A DNA stretch of 64,000 bases. Source: a virus. Taxonomy: Duplodnaviria > Caudoviricetes. The notes under the pieces were generated by a model. It had not been told where the DNA came from. It saw only the letters and a list, made by a program, of their open reading frames with translations, and searched no databases. Below are positions 54,667 through 62,633 of the stretch, in pieces; the stretch's first letter is position 1, and each line of letters starts with the position of its first letter. The stretch spans positions 1 to 64,000 of the IMG/VR virus record IMGVR_UViG_3300017560_000009; one strand, written 5' to 3'. The translations under genes and the position numbers were made by a program.

Positions 54667-54846
54667 GATGGTCCCAGTTGTTGTCCAAGCGTTGCGGGAT
54701 GGTCTTTAGCGAAAGCACGCATAGCGGACCATGGAGCGTTGCCGAACTGAAGGTGCCAAGGTTTCCTGCCGACTTACATGACGGTTGCTTTCCCGTCATC
54801 AGCTCCCCTCGGGACCGTCCACCTTCCAACTGGGACCATCAAAGGG
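54661..54846 (-). ncRNA. Candidate structured RNA or cis-element, 186 nt
   Basis: Perfect 20-bp inverted repeat (54661-54680 / 54827-54846) enclosing three further perfect helices of 7, 7 and 6 bp. Strand is assumed from the flanking genes. Confidence 0.5.
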
Positions 54847-54873
54847 CCGCGCCCTGAGACGCGGCCCCTCGTC

Positions 54874-55581
54874 TTACTCGTCGCCGCCTTCGTCCTGGAC
54901 CATCTCGCCCAACAACTTCCAGGTCATGATGCCCCAGGTGTTGTTGTTCTTGTTGGTCTTGGCTTCGAAGCTGACTTCGACTTCAACGCACTTGCCCACC
55001 AGACCGGCGCTCACCACGGCCTTGTAGAACGATTCCCACGCGGCCCAGTTCGTGGTCGAGGTGGAGTAGCCCAGGCGCTGACCGGCCTTGGCCAGTTCAG
55101 TACCCTTCGGCGACTTCACGTCTTCCAGCAGGACCATCGGCACGTCCACCGAGCGGTACGGACGGGCCTTGGCGTCCAGCGCGACAGCCTTCTGGATCGC
55201 CTCGTTCCAGGGGATGCCCTTGTCGGACATCGCACCGTCGTAGGTGGACCAGTATTGCGCGGGGTTGCCGGCCTTGATGGACTGCTTGCAGGAGAAGCCC
55301 ACGCCGTCCGTCATGTCGATGTAGACCTTGAAGGACGAGACCAGTTCCTGGGTTTGACCCACGACCAGACCGAACTCCTTGCACTTGACCCAGATGTCAA
55401 CGGTCATGCCGCCAGCCATCAGTTGGTCCATCGACATCTTCTGACCCGTTGGCATGGCGACAGCGCCGCCTTGTACTTGGGTCGAGACTGCGGTGCCGGT
55501 TTGTTGGGCGGCGGCTTGGGAAGCCACAGCGCCAGCGGCGTTTTGGGCTTGGGCGATTGCGTCAGCGATTGCGTCACTCAT
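54874..55581 (-). CDS. Putative single-stranded DNA-binding protein
   Basis: Strong codon bias, beta-rich core and acidic C-terminus QDEGGDE within the replication cluster. Confidence 0.5.
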   Translation of the reverse strand: MSDAIADAIAQAQNAAGAVASQAAAQQTGTAVSTQVQGGAVAMPTGQKMSMDQLMAGGMTVDIWVKCKEFGLVVGQTQELVSSFKVYIDMTDGVGFSCKQSIKAGNPAQYWSTYDGAMSDKGIPWNEAIQKAVALDAKARPYRSVDVPMVLLEDVKSPKGTELAKAGQRLGYSTSTTNWAAWESFYKAVVSAGLVGKCVEVEVSFEAKTNKNNNTWGIMTWKLLGEMVQDEGGDE

Positions 55582-55616
55582 GTTAATGCTCCAGGGTATG
55601 TTTCAGTTTCGTATGT

Positions 55617-55650
55617 TCTCACCAACTGGTGAGATGGCAAGATCATACCA
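55617..55650 (-). promoter_or_regulatory. Extended -10 promoter candidate with an adjacent 18-bp palindrome
   Basis: Minus strand TG-G-TATGAT (55650-55642); TCTCACCA-AC-TGGTGAGA at 55617-55634. Confidence 0.45.
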
Positions 55651-55672
55651 TGGTTCTTGAAGGATGGAAGAT

Positions 55673-56077
55673 CTATTTATCAGATAAATGGATCATTTCT
55701 TCCTCCTGTTTGTGTGCTGCGTTAATCGAATCAACCAGCTTGTTGAAGTGGTCAAGCGGGATTTGCCAGTGCATGTGGGATTCAACGTCCACACGCATGT
55801 CATGTTCCATGCCGCAAGCGGTGTCGTACTTCAGGAACACCAGCTGGCCAAGAATCATGATGCCTTGAGGGCCGACGGGTTGGCCATCGAGGTCCACGAT
55901 GTCCTTGGCCGCTTCGAAGACCGGGAAGTGCTCACCGAGCATGTCGCTGATGGCGTCATGGTTGTCGCAGATCACTTCTTCTTCGATGATCTCCAACGAG
56001 ACCTTCTTGGCGCTCGGGTCATCCTTCCAGGTATGCAGCTTCACCATGTAGGCGAAGGGGACGGTGCCGGTAATCAT
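55673..56077 (-). CDS. Hypothetical protein
   Basis: ATGA-coupled to the helicase. Confidence 0.6.
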   Translation of the reverse strand: MITGTVPFAYMVKLHTWKDDPSAKKVSLEIIEEEVICDNHDAISDMLGEHFPVFEAAKDIVDLDGQPVGPQGIMILGQLVFLKYDTACGMEHDMRVDVESHMHWQIPLDHFNKLVDSINAAHKQEEEMIHLSDK

Positions 56078-57528
56078 GATGCCTCCATAAAGGTTGCCAT
56101 GCTGGCCTTGCGGTCAGCGATCTTGTCCACGTCGTAGATGCCACCTTCCATGGCTTCCTCGTCCATGTTCTGCTGCGAGAGCTTGAACACTTCCTTGGTC
56201 GGATCCACGAGGTGGGCTTCCCGCGACTTCATCTCGATGATCTTCATGATGCGTTGATCAATCGAGTCGCGGTACTCCAGCACGTAGATGAGCAGCGGCG
56301 TGTCACGCTTACCACGGATACCACGGCGATACGCCTGCATGAACGAATCGTCCTGGTAGTCCAAGGAGGCGAACACCATGACACGCAGATGGTTCCAGTT
56401 GAACCCGATGCCGGCCGTGGCGGGGGAGGCCACCACGCAGTCGAGATCCCCGCGCTGGAAAGCCGCGTCGATCTCAGCGCGCCGGTTGGCCGACACCGTG
56501 CCATTGATGAGTCCCACGCGCAGGCCCATGGACTTGGCCAGCTCCACGATGCGGAGCTGTTCCGGCACGAGGGAAGCGAAGACCGCGATAGGCTCGCCGG
56601 ACTGCACGGCGTCACCTAGGTGGATCTTCAGGCGCTCGTCCTTGCCCGTCGTACCGACCTTCAGGCCGAACGTCTCTGGGTGGGCCATGAGCTGGCGGCA
56701 GCGGATCGCCGCGACCGCCATGGATCCGGCCGACAAGAAGCTGTCTTCCAGTTCGACCAGCGCGGATTCTTCCATCTGGTCGTAGACCTTGCGCTGGGCC
56801 GGCGACATATCGCACAGCTCAGGGATGATGACCTTGGCTTCCGGCCCGTGAACTTCTTCGAACGTGTGGCGCACGGCCACGTTCATGAAGATCTGGCGCA
56901 GCTTTTCGTGGTTGCGCCATCCCGTGATCTTGCCCGAAGCGTCGTCGCGCACGGCATGAAAGCCGATGAACGCGCCGTAGCTTCCGTAGAAGCGCGGTTC
57001 GATCACCTGGAGTGCGGGGTACGCGCTGGAGAGCCGGCCCTTGATGATGGTTCCGGTCATGCCCAGGAAGGTGTCCATCTCCTTCATGGAGTCGTACCAG
57101 TTCTGGGTGCGCGTGGAGTCGTTGCCAGTGAAGCCCAGGTGCAGCTCGTCCACCGTCTGGTGTTGCATGCGGGGGTGGTAGCGCAGGATGTTGTCCCAGT
57201 CAGCAGACCAGCGGTCAAAGCCCATGAGCAAGACCTTGCCGGATCCCTTCTTCATGATCTCTTCACGCTCGCCTGGGGAGCCGTCCACGATCAAGACTTC
57301 ATCTTCCTTGAAGTGGCTGAAGTCCAGGATGTCCTGGCGGTTCTTGCGCAGCAGCGACTTGGGCATGACCCAAGCCGATTCGATGTTCTTCTCGCTGGCC
57401 AGATACCACGTATACATCGCGGCGCTGCCAGTCTTCTGCGCGCCAGGGTCGGACAAGTTCAGGCAGCGCTTCTTCGTCATGTAGAACGACAAGTCAGCGA
57501 TCTGGTGAGGGCGGGGAGTGACGCGCAT
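56074..57528 (-). CDS. Superfamily 2 (SNF2-like) helicase
   Basis: DPGAQKT (Walker A variant), VDELH, MTGT, TAGIGFNW, QAYRRGIR. Confidence 0.85.
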   Translation of the reverse strand: MRVTPRPHQIADLSFYMTKKRCLNLSDPGAQKTGSAAMYTWYLASEKNIESAWVMPKSLLRKNRQDILDFSHFKEDEVLIVDGSPGEREEIMKKGSGKVLLMGFDRWSADWDNILRYHPRMQHQTVDELHLGFTGNDSTRTQNWYDSMKEMDTFLGMTGTIIKGRLSSAYPALQVIEPRFYGSYGAFIGFHAVRDDASGKITGWRNHEKLRQIFMNVAVRHTFEEVHGPEAKVIIPELCDMSPAQRKVYDQMEESALVELEDSFLSAGSMAVAAIRCRQLMAHPETFGLKVGTTGKDERLKIHLGDAVQSGEPIAVFASLVPEQLRIVELAKSMGLRVGLINGTVSANRRAEIDAAFQRGDLDCVVASPATAGIGFNWNHLRVMVFASLDYQDDSFMQAYRRGIRGKRDTPLLIYVLEYRDSIDQRIMKIIEMKSREAHLVDPTKEVFKLSQQNMDEEAMEGGIYDVDKIADRKASMATFMEAS

Positions 57529-57532
57529 TGCA

Positions 57533-58237
57533 TTACCTCTTTACAGGAAGCGGGCCGAGGGGATCATCTTCTCGGCGCATGTGACGTTTCAAGACCATCA
57601 TGCCCAGGCTTTCAAGGGGCATCTGGCTGAGCGTGTCGAAGTCCTCGACGCCCAGCTGCGTTGTGATCTTTTCAATCGGTTGAGTCACGATCAGATGCGG
57701 GGATCCGGTCATGATCAGATTGCGGCGGCTGTTGTAGCTGATGTCTTTCAGGTCTTCCAACAGGCCGTGCTGGCGCACAGTCATCTGCGTGATGACCAGC
57801 GGTTGCACGTTGGTGCGGCCCAGCTCGATAGGGAGCCGTGCGGGGTTCACGAGTGTCCACGCGGCCTGCACGATAGGCTCAATCGGGCTGGAGAGCCGCG
57901 AGAGCGTGTACAGAGGGCGCAGCAGCTCGTTGCCGGCGTCTTCGATGAAGTACAGGCCAGGGGTGTACTGTTCCTTCGGGATCGGCAGCATGGCGCGAAC
58001 CAGCGGATCCTGGGCGTATCGGCGGAACAGCTCCCAGTGGCGCGCATCCGGCACCGCCGCCGAGACCGGGAACATATGATTGCAGGTCTTGACGCCGTTG
58101 GGACGCACGCGGTAAGGGGAGGGCGCACGCAGCGACAGGAAGTTCACTGCGCCGCGCCCTTGATGGAGGTAAGCCACTCCGGTTTCGGTCCAGTGGACAC
58201 CGAAGTAGGGGACTTCAATCTGCGTTTCTACGGTCAT
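57533..58237 (-). CDS. Hypothetical protein
   Basis: ATGA-coupled; phage codon usage. Confidence 0.6.
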   Translation of the reverse strand: MTVETQIEVPYFGVHWTETGVAYLHQGRGAVNFLSLRAPSPYRVRPNGVKTCNHMFPVSAAVPDARHWELFRRYAQDPLVRAMLPIPKEQYTPGLYFIEDAGNELLRPLYTLSRLSSPIEPIVQAAWTLVNPARLPIELGRTNVQPLVITQMTVRQHGLLEDLKDISYNSRRNLIMTGSPHLIVTQPIEKITTQLGVEDFDTLSQMPLESLGMMVLKRHMRREDDPLGPLPVKR

Positions 58238-58632
58238 ATTTGCACCAGCTCGGCGATGGGTTTCTTCGTATAGGTGGAGATGTCCAGGAGATCGGTCAAG
58301 GTGACATCGAAGACACCTTTCTCTATGGCCGCAAGCTTGTGCGTTGTCCACCCGATCCTGGCCGCAGCTTCCTGACGGGTCTGGCGGATCTCCATGGAAC
58401 GAGTGAAGGCCAGACGCTCACCCAGCTTTTCATGGGTTCGGCTGATGGTGCTTTTCATCTTCCTTTCTTTGGGTCCGTTGAACTTCTCCCGGTCGGAGGC
58501 CTTGATACCACGCGCAGCTAGGATCTTCCTGACCAAAGGTTCGGAGATCTGGAACGACCTAGCGAGCGCGGGGGCCGAGGAACCCATAAGGTATCCATCG
58601 GCCACCTGTTGGTCGCGCTCGTCCTTCGTCAT
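58234..58632 (-). CDS. Transcriptional regulator with two HTH segments (C-terminal XRE-like)
   Basis: SAPALARSFQISEPLVRKIL and QTRQEAAARIGWTTHKLAAIEKG. Confidence 0.75.
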   Translation of the reverse strand: MTKDERDQQVADGYLMGSSAPALARSFQISEPLVRKILAARGIKASDREKFNGPKERKMKSTISRTHEKLGERLAFTRSMEIRQTRQEAAARIGWTTHKLAAIEKGVFDVTLTDLLDISTYTKKPIAELVQI

Positions 58633-58636
58633 ACCG

Positions 58637-58864
58637 TCAACCGATCTTGGTGAACGGATACTTGGAGGGATTCTTCTTGATCGTGCTGGAGAAGGCCGAA
58701 CCAACCGAGGTGGATTGGAAGACGTGTTCGACAACGTGGGGTTCGACCCCCTGGTATTCGTACACGCCACCACGGGTGAACTTCACCTTGAGGGTGGAGG
58801 TGCGAGCGTCGTAAGCGTAACCCGTGATCTGGGACGATTCGACGGCGGTGAAGGTGGTGTTCAT
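58637..58864 (-). CDS. KTSC-domain protein
   Basis: VESSQITGYAYD...LKVKF..GGVYEY..V...S.GSAF...IK. Confidence 0.88.
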   Translation of the reverse strand: MNTTFTAVESSQITGYAYDARTSTLKVKFTRGGVYEYQGVEPHVVEHVFQSTSVGSAFSSTIKKNPSKYPFTKIG

Positions 58865-58866
58865 CT

Positions 58867-58891
58867 TGATTCCTTGAAGGAAGGTTGAAGG
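58867..58891 (-). repeat. 25-bp leader repeat, copy 1
   Basis: Plus strand TGATTCCTTGAAGGAAGGTTGAAGG; one mismatch to the copy at 60556-60580. Confidence 0.85.
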
Positions 58892-58985
58892 GTAGGGGTG
58901 GCGGGTTACGATCCAAATGCTCGTCAGCATCGCGCCTTCCGGTTAAGAACCGGGTGCTCTCCATGAGCTACACCCCACAGGAAAA

Positions 58986-59537
58986 TCAGCCCGGACTGTA
59001 CAGGTTCTCGAAGTCCTGGCGAGCGGCCGAGGGCCGCGTCGGTTGCGGCACGCCATCGCTGCACAACCCCTGGCCGGCGAGTGCGGCGCGGGTCTTGTCA
59101 TCAGCTTGGCATAGCACGTCGATGGCTGCGGTCTCCAGACGCTGGGAGCGATTGGGATCCTTTGTCGTGGCGCTGGCCTGCATGATGCGTTCGAAGTTGC
59201 GGCGCAGGTTGCAGTTCTTGTCTTCGACCGGAACGGCGACGTTGATGCCGAAGGCGATGGCCGAGCCACCTCCACCGCCCGAGACCATGCAGCTGTCGGG
59301 CGAGAAGGATCCGTAGAAGCCTTGACCAGCCACAGGCGGCGCGAACTTCTGCGTGCTCGTGCCGTCGTTGCTGGACTGGAAGGTAATGTTCTGGGCATTG
59401 CCCGCGTTCGTCGCGCCGCTGGACGACTGGGTAGTTGCATTCGAGCTGGTGTTTACGGCTACCTGCGCCGTCGCGTTCAGCGGGAAGCCGGCGACCAGAG
59501 CAACAAAAGCGGCGATTCCGAAAGAAATCTTAAACAT
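58986..59537 (-). CDS. Secreted hypothetical protein with four Cys
   Basis: Signal peptide MFKISFGIAAFVALVAGFPLNATA|Q; S/T/N-rich linker; DSC, NC, LC and LC cysteines. Confidence 0.75.
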   Translation of the reverse strand: MFKISFGIAAFVALVAGFPLNATAQVAVNTSSNATTQSSSGATNAGNAQNITFQSSNDGTSTQKFAPPVAGQGFYGSFSPDSCMVSGGGGGSAIAFGINVAVPVEDKNCNLRRNFERIMQASATTKDPNRSQRLETAAIDVLCQADDKTRAALAGQGLCSDGVPQPTRPSAARQDFENLYSPG

Positions 59538-59563
59538 GGTGAGCACCTGTAAAACTGGAGTTG

Positions 59564-59593
59564 AAAAAAGCGGGGGCCATCGGCCCCCGCTTT
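59564..59593 (-). terminator. Rho-independent terminator between the two secreted-protein genes
   Basis: AAAGCGGGGGCC-loop-GGCCCCCGCTTT with an A-run on the plus strand (U-run on the minus strand). Confidence 0.8.
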
Positions 59594-59609
59594 CACTGCC
59601 GAGACGGAC

Positions 59610-60125
59610 TTAGTGCGGGCCGAAGCCGCCGATGTTGCCCGTCGTCTTGATGGCGCCCACAGCGCCGATGGCGACCGTTCCCCAGGTAGCCGTGCCACCC
59701 GCGTTCACCTTGGTCTGGCCGAAGGCCGCGTTGCCGTTGGCGATGCTATCGCCCACCGTGATCGGCGCGTTGCCGGACACGCTGCCGGAACCGAAGGAGT
59801 TGGCATAGTGGCTGGTGTTGGTGATGACCTGCGCGCCTTGGTAGTTCACGGTGCCGCCGATGCTGGCTTGGCCACCCGAGTTGCCCCAGGCGTTTTGGAT
59901 CGACTGGCCGAAGCCGTTGATCTGGGACGCGGCGACGGAACTGCCTTCGGAGAAGCTGTTGGCGCTGCCGGAGATCGCGCCGGCCGTGATCTGGCCACTG
60001 GCGGACACTCCGCCTTGGTTGCCGTTGTTGCCATTGCCGTTGTTGCCGTGCGCCCAGGCGGAACCTGCGGCCAGGGCCAGCCCGATGCTTGCGATCAGCG
60101 AGAGAGAGCGGAGGGATTTCATCAT
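59610..60125 (-). CDS. Secreted Gly/Asn/Ser/Ala-rich protein
   Basis: Signal peptide ending SAWA|H; the mature chain GNNGNGNNGNQGG... has almost no charged residues. Confidence 0.75.
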   Translation of the reverse strand: MMKSLRSLSLIASIGLALAAGSAWAHGNNGNGNNGNQGGVSASGQITAGAISGSANSFSEGSSVAASQINGFGQSIQNAWGNSGGQASIGGTVNYQGAQVITNTSHYANSFGSGSVSGNAPITVGDSIANGNAAFGQTKVNAGGTATWGTVAIGAVGAIKTTGNIGGFGPH

Positions 60126-60175
60126 GGTAAGACTCCAGAGTTGGAAAGTTGCCGGTGAACCGACCGGCTGCGGTA

Positions 60176-60553
60176 TTACTCCTGCGTGGTGGCGAGGGCG
60201 AGGATGACCGCCCGCACCACTTCGAACCCGTTGTTCCCGGTCGGGTCTTGGCTGAAGCCGGCAAGGGCTTCAGCGACTTGTTCGTGTTCTTGTACGCGCT
60301 CCACCAGCGGCTGCGGCACGTCGGTAGCGACGACGTAATCCGGCTTGCGGTGGAAGCCCTTGGAGGCCAGCCATTCGACCATGTTGATCTCGGGCTTGCC
60401 AGCATGGGTGACGCCCATGAAGATGAAGTTCAATCGGGCCGACTTGTCTTTCTTGAGGGAAAGAGGAATGCCCATGGTGGCCTGCATCCGCACGGTGGGG
60501 CTGTAGTTGTCAACGCGGAAGGAGGTGGATTGAACGTGATCGCCAGAACGCAT
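60176..60553 (-). CDS. Hypothetical early protein
   Basis: AAGGAA RBS within the repeated leader. Confidence 0.6.
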   Translation of the reverse strand: MRSGDHVQSTSFRVDNYSPTVRMQATMGIPLSLKKDKSARLNFIFMGVTHAGKPEINMVEWLASKGFHRKPDYVVATDVPQPLVERVQEHEQVAEALAGFSQDPTGNNGFEVVRAVILALATTQE

Positions 60554-60555
60554 AA

Positions 60556-60580
60556 TGATTCCTTGATGGAAGGTTGAAGG
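60556..60580 (-). repeat. 25-bp leader repeat, copy 2
   Basis: Plus strand TGATTCCTTGATGGAAGGTTGAAGG. Confidence 0.85.
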
Positions 60581-60859
60581 TTACTTCTTCTTGAACGAAA
60601 GCACCAGCCCCCGTTTCAGGTTTTGCACTTCTTTTCTTTCTGCCTTGGAAAGATGGCCACTATCCAGGAGGTTGTTGGCGGCAGTCATCCAGGTCTCGCG
60701 GTTGACTTCACGCGGCGGGCGCGGATCTCCCTCGTCGTAAGCCGCTTGAATCACCGGGTTCTTGCGCAATTCGTTGGCCGTCTTGCGCAAGGCTTCGATG
60801 GCCTGCTTGGTGGTGAAGGGCTTGGTCTTAACCTCTTCGGTTTGGATTTCAGGGTTCAC
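60581..60859 (-). CDS. Hypothetical early protein
   Basis: GTG start with a GGAG RBS; tight packing. Confidence 0.55.
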   Translation of the reverse strand: MNPEIQTEEVKTKPFTTKQAIEALRKTANELRKNPVIQAAYDEGDPRPPREVNRETWMTAANNLLDSGHLSKAERKEVQNLKRGLVLSFKKK

Positions 60860-61232
60860 GGGGATTGCTCCGTAGGATGTTGAGCGCCATATCGCGGATG
60901 GCGTGCTTGATGTTGTTCTCGTCCCCTTCGCAGAAGACCCCGATCAGCTCTGGGATCTCGGGATGAGTGCCGAAGGTGACACCTTCTGGGAGATGAGGCG
61001 CGACCAGCTCGCCGATACGGGCGAAGATGGCTTGGCCTTGCATCGACCAGAACGGATGAGATTCGTCCCGCAGCGCAGCACGCAGCCCGAGCGGGATCCA
61101 TTCTTCCTTCAACGTGTTGATCGACTCGATGTGGACCCTGGCCAGTACCAAGATCGCAGCATCGACCAGCTTACACATCGACTTGCTTTCGGCGAGGTAC
61201 ACCGGACGGTCGGAGGCGAGTTCGTAAGCCAT
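60849..61232 (-). CDS. Hypothetical early protein
   Basis: GGAG RBS; LPEGVTFGTHPE motif. Confidence 0.6.
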   Translation of the reverse strand: MAYELASDRPVYLAESKSMCKLVDAAILVLARVHIESINTLKEEWIPLGLRAALRDESHPFWSMQGQAIFARIGELVAPHLPEGVTFGTHPEIPELIGVFCEGDENNIKHAIRDMALNILRSNPREP

Positions 61233-61234
61233 GC

Positions 61235-61438
61235 CTATCTCCGTTCGATGACCGCGCCTTTCGGCAGCGTGAAGAGCGGCATGACCATGAAGGTCTGAAT
61301 CACGCCGACCTTCTGAAAGACGGTCATGGTGGTCTTCCAGCGGTCCAGCACGGTCTGCGAATCAAAGAATCGCTGACGCATGCCGCCCTTCGGATACGTG
61401 ACCAGCATGACAGCCGTGGTCTTGGCTTCAGTTTGCAT
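61235..61438 (-). CDS. Small hypothetical protein
   Basis: Fits the gene packing. Confidence 0.5.
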   Translation of the reverse strand: MQTEAKTTAVMLVTYPKGGMRQRFFDSQTVLDRWKTTMTVFQKVGVIQTFMVMPLFTLPKGAVIERR

Positions 61439-62003
61439 TGATGATGTGTCCTTTGCCCATGGCGTTGAGGCATTTGATGATCAGCTCCCTGGGAAAATCA
61501 ACCATGTAGGCATGGCCGAGAAGATCTTCCAAGGTCGCCGGCCCGCCCATCGAGAAGATCTGGTCGAGTAGATCCTGGCAGTCGAGGGCCATCGTCTCTT
61601 CGGGACTTGGAGGTTCAGTGCTCACCAGCTCGCCGGCCTTCTTCTTTTCAGGTTTGGGCTGGCCAGGGATCAGAAGCTCCCAGTGGTCTGGGTTGCAGCA
61701 CAGCGAGTTGCCGCAGGTATTCAACAGCTTCCACGGGCGTTCAATCTCGCTGGTCTCAGGCTTCAGGTACTCATACACCACTCGCACGGGGTTGAGATAC
61801 TTCTTGTTGTGTTGGATCGAGGCATAAGGCCTGTCCTTCTGAACCCTCAAGGTTGGAGGCTGGCCGAGAGCGAACCCCCGTCGCACGCGGGTCCGTGGTT
61901 GGCTCTTCTTGCCAGTCCACTCCCAGCACATTTCCGGGTTGCCGTAGTTGGAAATGCGCTTGAGGATGCGCTTGACTACCTTGGCGAGTTCGTCTCTGTC
62001 CAT
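61428..62003 (-). CDS. HNH-endonuclease-like protein with a degenerate active site
   Basis: CWEWTG, PVRVVYE and LLNTCGNSLCCNPDHW, compared with the usual AHRxxY...LHxCxNxxCxNPxH. Confidence 0.65.
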   Translation of the reverse strand: MDRDELAKVVKRILKRISNYGNPEMCWEWTGKKSQPRTRVRRGFALGQPPTLRVQKDRPYASIQHNKKYLNPVRVVYEYLKPETSEIERPWKLLNTCGNSLCCNPDHWELLIPGQPKPEKKKAGELVSTEPPSPEETMALDCQDLLDQIFSMGGPATLEDLLGHAYMVDFPRELIIKCLNAMGKGHIINAN

Positions 62004-62005
62004 GA

Positions 62006-62236
62006 TCAGAGATGCCCAAGCAGGTTGTCGAAGAAGTCCTGCGGCTCCTTGTCGCACTTGCCGCCCGTGTAAGCGCGGATGTGCTTCGTCGTCGTGCTGC
62101 TGAAACCTTTCTCGGTTTGCACGTAGCCACGTCCGGGGATGAACGCGGCAACCGGCGTCTCGTAGGAGAAGAGCACTTCGGTGCCATCGTTCAGGATCAA
62201 GGTCGTGGAGTTGGCGGTGTTGATCTTGAGCTTCAT
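62006..62236 (-). CDS. Small hypothetical early phage protein
   Basis: VLFSYETPVAA...FSSTTTKHI. Confidence 0.7.
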   Translation of the reverse strand: MKLKINTANSTTLILNDGTEVLFSYETPVAAFIPGRGYVQTEKGFSSTTTKHIRAYTGGKCDKEPQDFFDNLLGHL

Positions 62237-62237
62237 G

Positions 62238-62633
62238 TCAGTGTCCTTTGTTTGCTTTCTCGTCGTAGTAGGCGCGAAGCGCCGCCTGAAGAGCGTGTTT
62301 AATCACCCGAAGATACGGATGACTTTGATCGGAATGCAAGACTTCGTTTGCTGCACGGACCATGGCCGCTGTGACCTGGATCTCTTCTTCTTCGGAAGGA
62401 GGCGGCGGCTCTTCATACTTCGGCTCGGGCAACGTCTCGGTCAAGACGCCGTTTTTGAAGAAGTTGACTTCACCCCAGCGGTATTGCCGCAGCCATGCCA
62501 TCATGGCCCCAACACGTCGCCAGTCTGTGCCGGCGTATTCGAGATGGCCACCTTGGATCAGGTGATATTCGGCTGGACCTGATGGTGTGTTCATCATGTC
62601 CAGCATCGTGTACTTCTTAGGCTTCGTCGTCAT
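62238..62633 (-). CDS. Hypothetical protein
   Basis: GGGAG RBS before MTTKPKKY. Confidence 0.55.
   Translation of the reverse strand: MTTKPKKYTMLDMMNTPSGPAEYHLIQGGHLEYAGTDWRRVGAMMAWLRQYRWGEVNFFKNGVLTETLPEPKYEEPPPPSEEEEIQVTAAMVRAANEVLHSDQSHPYLRVIKHALQAALRAYYDEKANKGH

Noticed and set aside
54650-54799. 49-codon minus-strand ORF (MTGKQPSC...RVEG) inside the structured element
   Set aside because: It has a possible RBS but atypical codons, its start is buried in a helix and there are no motifs. It was left unannotated, though a leader-peptide role is not excluded.
54760-54802. Hammerhead ribozyme (CUGAUGA ... GAAA on the minus strand)
   Set aside because: AUGA is tied up in the AUGACGG/CCGUCAU stem, and no stem II closes directly onto GAAA.
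54661-54846. Retron msr-msd (a1/a2-like inverted repeat)
   Set aside because: No reverse transcriptase is encoded in the window.
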